From a virus (Duplodnaviria > Caudoviricetes), in IMG/VR virus record IMGVR_UViG_3300025084_000023, positions 1 to 59,780 of that record: 59,780 nt of DNA; one strand, written 5' to 3'. The translations under genes were made by a program, and so were the position numbers. The notes below the pieces were generated by a model, which did not search any database, was not told the origin of the DNA, and saw nothing but the letters and a program-made list of their open reading frames with translations. Positions 57,411 through 59,780 of the stretch are shown here, piece by piece. The stretch's first letter is position 1; each line of letters opens with the position of its first letter.

Positions 57411-57570
57411 TGTTAGTTTCAACTACCCCTACTCTATATATATATAATCCCCTTTATTATTATTTTTTTATTTCTATAAAATAGGATTAAAATTAACATT
57501 ATTAACAGTAGTACTGATAATCAAATAGTTAGCTCTTTCATTTCAACATTAAATCAACATCACTTTAACA
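57408..57570. repeat. AT-rich origin-like element, copy 2
   Basis: Colinear similarity to 9566-9717, including an identical 21-mer at 57487-57507. Confidence 0.7.
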
Positions 57571-57579
57571 TATAATGTC

Positions 57580-57607
57580 AAAAAAAAGAGGGAACTTAAT
57601 CCCTCTT
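57580..57607 (-). terminator. Intrinsic terminator
   Basis: On the - strand, AAGAGGGA-ttaagt-TCCCTCTT followed by a T run. Confidence 0.8.
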
Positions 57608-57659
57608 CTCGAATTGAAAGTCACTACCCAATCAATTCAACCATCAAACACAATGAATC

Positions 57660-57851
57660 TTAAATGCCTTTGAATAATTTATTCATATCTTTTTTCATCT
57701 CAGCTCGCTCAATACCATCAGCAATCATATTGGTCTTTTCATTCTTCTTAACCATCTTGCGAAGTTCTGCCGCTTCCTCGATTCCACTTTTTCCTACCGG
57801 GCGATTATTAATCAATCTGCCGTTCTTTACTGTCAATCCACTATAGTTCAT
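57660..57851 (-). CDS. Hypothetical protein
   Basis: ORF track; GLTVKNGRLIN. Confidence 0.7.
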   Translation of the reverse strand: MNYSGLTVKNGRLINNRPVGKSGIEEAAELRKMVKKNEKTNMIADGIERAEMKKDMNKLFKGI

Positions 57852-57993
57852 CTTTGTATATTTTTATGTGTAAACTAATTAATCCTAAGTATAGTATGTA
57901 CTCAGAGAACTTAAAATCTTCATCAGATGGGAAGATTGAGAAACCCAATACAAATCCTACCTTCATTCTATTCTGTAATTCTATCTCGTACAT
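57841..57993 (-). CDS. 50-aa hypothetical protein (MYEIELQNR...)
   Basis: ORF read manually; overlaps the next gene start; TATCTTTA box just upstream. Confidence 0.55.
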   Translation of the reverse strand: MYEIELQNRMKVGFVLGFSIFPSDEDFKFSEYILYLGLISLHIKIYKDEL

Positions 57994-58274
57994 TTGGTAA
58001 AGATACAAAAAATTTTAGATATATAGGGGTTGGGGATTCCCCCCCGCCGCGCGCGCCCGACCCCCCGACAGAAACCGACATTCTCGCAAAGGGTGGGGGT
58101 TGCCTCTCGGTCTCGGTGTCTCGATTTTTTAGGCTTTTGCATAGCACTGCCTAACTGCCTGTGCCTGTGGTGGTTAACCTATTGCACCGCTGTTGTCATC
58201 GCTCTGTATCTCCTGCTGTCACTAGCTTTGACGTAATCGCTCACTTGCTTTCACGTATTCACTGCGCTACGGAT

Positions 58275-58292
58275 GGTCTGTTGGAACAGACT
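58275..58292. repeat. 18-bp palindrome copy (1 mismatch)
   Basis: GGTCTGTTGGAACAGACT. Confidence 0.8.
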
Positions 58293-58473
58293 GCATTCAG
58301 CATAGACTCACAGAGTGAACGTCTAATTGTAGCATATGCTTACAATGGAGGTTATCCATTCCCTACACCAAACCACCATAAACAAACTGCTCACAATATA
58401 CCTGTCGTTATTCCTAGCATTTACTGACATCTGAAATTAAATGTACATTTTTTAAACATTTCTTTGCGTGTAA

Positions 58474-58505
58474 TTAGTTTTATACAAAATTTATACTTAA
58501 TTTAG
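58474..58505 (+). promoter_or_regulatory. Variant early promoter
   Basis: TTAG-N20-TAATTTAG, same spacing as the other early promoters, upstream of the first early gene. Confidence 0.55.
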
Positions 58506-58566
58506 CAAAGCGAATGAGAGATACGCTCTCATCATAACGAGCTAAGATGCTCAAAATCAAACAATT

Positions 58567-59148
58567 ATGAGTCAAATTAACAGAAATTTAGAAGAATTAC
58601 TAGAAAACAATGTTGCAGATTTCAATGGTCTACACCAATTAATGAGTGAAACAAGAGACATCTCACAAGGAGTCTTTGATAAGCAGGTTATCATTGGTCA
58701 GCGTGTAAACACCACCTACAATTGGTTTAAGTCTGCAGAAGGTAAACAAGCAATGGAATACGTAGGTATAGTGATGGATAGAAACGAATTTATCTCACAA
58801 GTTGTTGGAGATAGAAGTTGGTTTTATGAGTTGATTGCTATTGGTAAAGTGAGAGAGGAGTCTCCTAACCTAATCTCTGAGTATAAGGAGTCTACAGAAA
58901 ATCGCTCTGTGAGAGGATGCCTTAAGTTTATCAAGAATGGTGGCGCTGAGTCTGAGGAGACTGAGTCTGAGTCTGAGTCTGCATCTACCACGCTAATGAC
59001 ATTCAGCGCTAAAGCAGAGGCATTAGAGTCTGAGAAGGGCGCTAGTCTTCGTTTGTTGTCTGATGGTAAGATAGAAGGAGTTAATGCTCGTTCTATTGAA
59101 GCATTAGAGATGCTATTAGCTAAAGCTAAAGAGCAATTGAATGCGTAA
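58567..59148 (+). CDS. First early protein, hypothetical, with (SE)n linker
   Basis: ORF track; GAGTCT tandem repeats encode the acidic linker. Confidence 0.8.
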   Translation: MSQINRNLEELLENNVADFNGLHQLMSETRDISQGVFDKQVIIGQRVNTTYNWFKSAEGKQAMEYVGIVMDRNEFISQVVGDRSWFYELIAIGKVREESPNLISEYKESTENRSVRGCLKFIKNGGAESEETESESESASTTLMTFSAKAEALESEKGASLRLLSDGKIEGVNARSIEALEMLLAKAKEQLNA

Positions 59149-59212
59149 GGTTAACTGATGAGACTTCAATAGTCGAAACGTGAGTCTGTTCGAACAGACT
59201 TACGTCTTAACC
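59149..59212 (+). ncRNA. Hammerhead ribozyme, type I (repeat copy of HHR1); cleavage after GUC59206
   Basis: Same fold as 186-249 with three structure-preserving substitutions. Confidence 0.92.
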
Positions 59213-59228
59213 AAATAAACCAAACACT

Positions 59229-59780
59229 ATGAATGCACAGATTACTTACACTACAGAAGGAAACGATGACAGAGGTCGTATGCTATCCTACGGATGGGCT
59301 AAAAGAAACGGATTACCTTACAGAATGTTCGATAAGACTCCGTTCCAACATGACATCAAGCATTTACCACATAACGAGTTAAATTTGACTACCAATGTTA
59401 CTGATGATGGTGAGATTGAGGCGAAGTTTACTATTGGCTTTGAGGTTGAGAAAAACCAATTCCATAGAAATGCAGTTAAGGAGTATCCGTTATTCTCGCA
59501 CTTCGAGACAGATGGTTCCTGCGGTGTTGAAGCCATCACAAACGTACTTCCTTTGATAGGTCGTTCGGTATGGAGAAACAAGGTATTGTCTATGTTCAGT
59601 GAGGTTAAGCACATTGTTGATGACCAATTTTCACCATCGAACATTGATTGTGGAGGTCACATAAACCTAGCAGTAAAAGGTATGAGTGGCTCTGAGTTAG
59701 CTGATGCACTTAGACCATTCAGTGGAATTATATACGCTCTGTATCGTTTCAGATTAAAACGCTCTTGGTGTCAAGCTAAC
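59229..59780 (+). CDS. Amidoligase, 5' part (repeat copy, truncated by the window end)
   Basis: Allelic to 266-817. Confidence 0.85.
   Translation, partial: MNAQITYTTEGNDDRGRMLSYGWAKRNGLPYRMFDKTPFQHDIKHLPHNELNLTTNVTDDGEIEAKFTIGFEVEKNQFHRNAVKEYPLFSHFETDGSCGVEAITNVLPLIGRSVWRNKVLSMFSEVKHIVDDQFSPSNIDCGGHINLAVKGMSGSELADALRPFSGIIYALYRFRLKRSWCQAN

Larger units (their letters stand above)
58964..59780 (+). repeat. Terminal direct repeat / circular overlap, copy 2
   Basis: Matches 1-817. Confidence 0.95.

Noticed and set aside
57900-57935. CUGAUGA on the - strand as a further hammerhead
   Set aside because: No stem II/GAAA; lies within the 50-aa ORF 57841-57993. Other CTGATGA hits checked (e.g. 438, 14952, 15341) are also inside CDS without the fold
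57927-58427. ORFs 57927-58154, 58030-58236 and 58161-58427
   Set aside because: Atypical composition, weak starts, and they span the GC-rich non-coding island
58948-58980. GAGTCT hexamer tandem repeat as the source of the palindrome arm
   Set aside because: It shares AGTCTG with the arm but is explained by an (SE)n linker and has no inverted partner

Overview
The window is an apparently complete ~59 kb tailed-phage genome. Bases 1-817 recur, with strain-level substitutions, at 58964-59780, giving a unit length of ~58,963 bp. Canonical TTTG-N19/20-TAnnTTTG promoters point to a Bacteroidota (probably Flavobacteriia) host. The + arm (58567->15874 through the junction) carries early/host-interaction genes (amidoligase, GATase-GGCT fusion, many small ORFs) and a recombination/replication block (Sak3-like annealase, PD-(D/E)XK exonuclease, SSB-like protein, primase-SF3 helicase, SNF2 helicase, VRR-NUC). 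The - arm (57993->16053) carries GroEL, PhoH, GroES, lysis genes, terminase, portal, scaffold, major capsid, podovirus-type tail genes and large internal virion proteins. The standout signal is an RNA-level system. Four hammerhead ribozymes (three 64-nt type I and one type III, plus a terminal-repeat copy) punctuate the early gene junctions. An 18-bp hairpin, AGTCTGTTCNAACAGACT, forms stem III of the type I ribozymes and recurs at 14 loci: just downstream of promoters, as terminator stems and inside coding sequences, with its asymmetric loop oriented with transcription. Other notable items are a pseudoknot in front of the SSB-like gene, a stand-alone peptide resembling the ribonucleotide-reductase redox tail, two copies of an origin-like element, and apparent avoidance of CCAG/CTGG and GATC. 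All calls come from reading the sequence by eye; no searches or counts were run.
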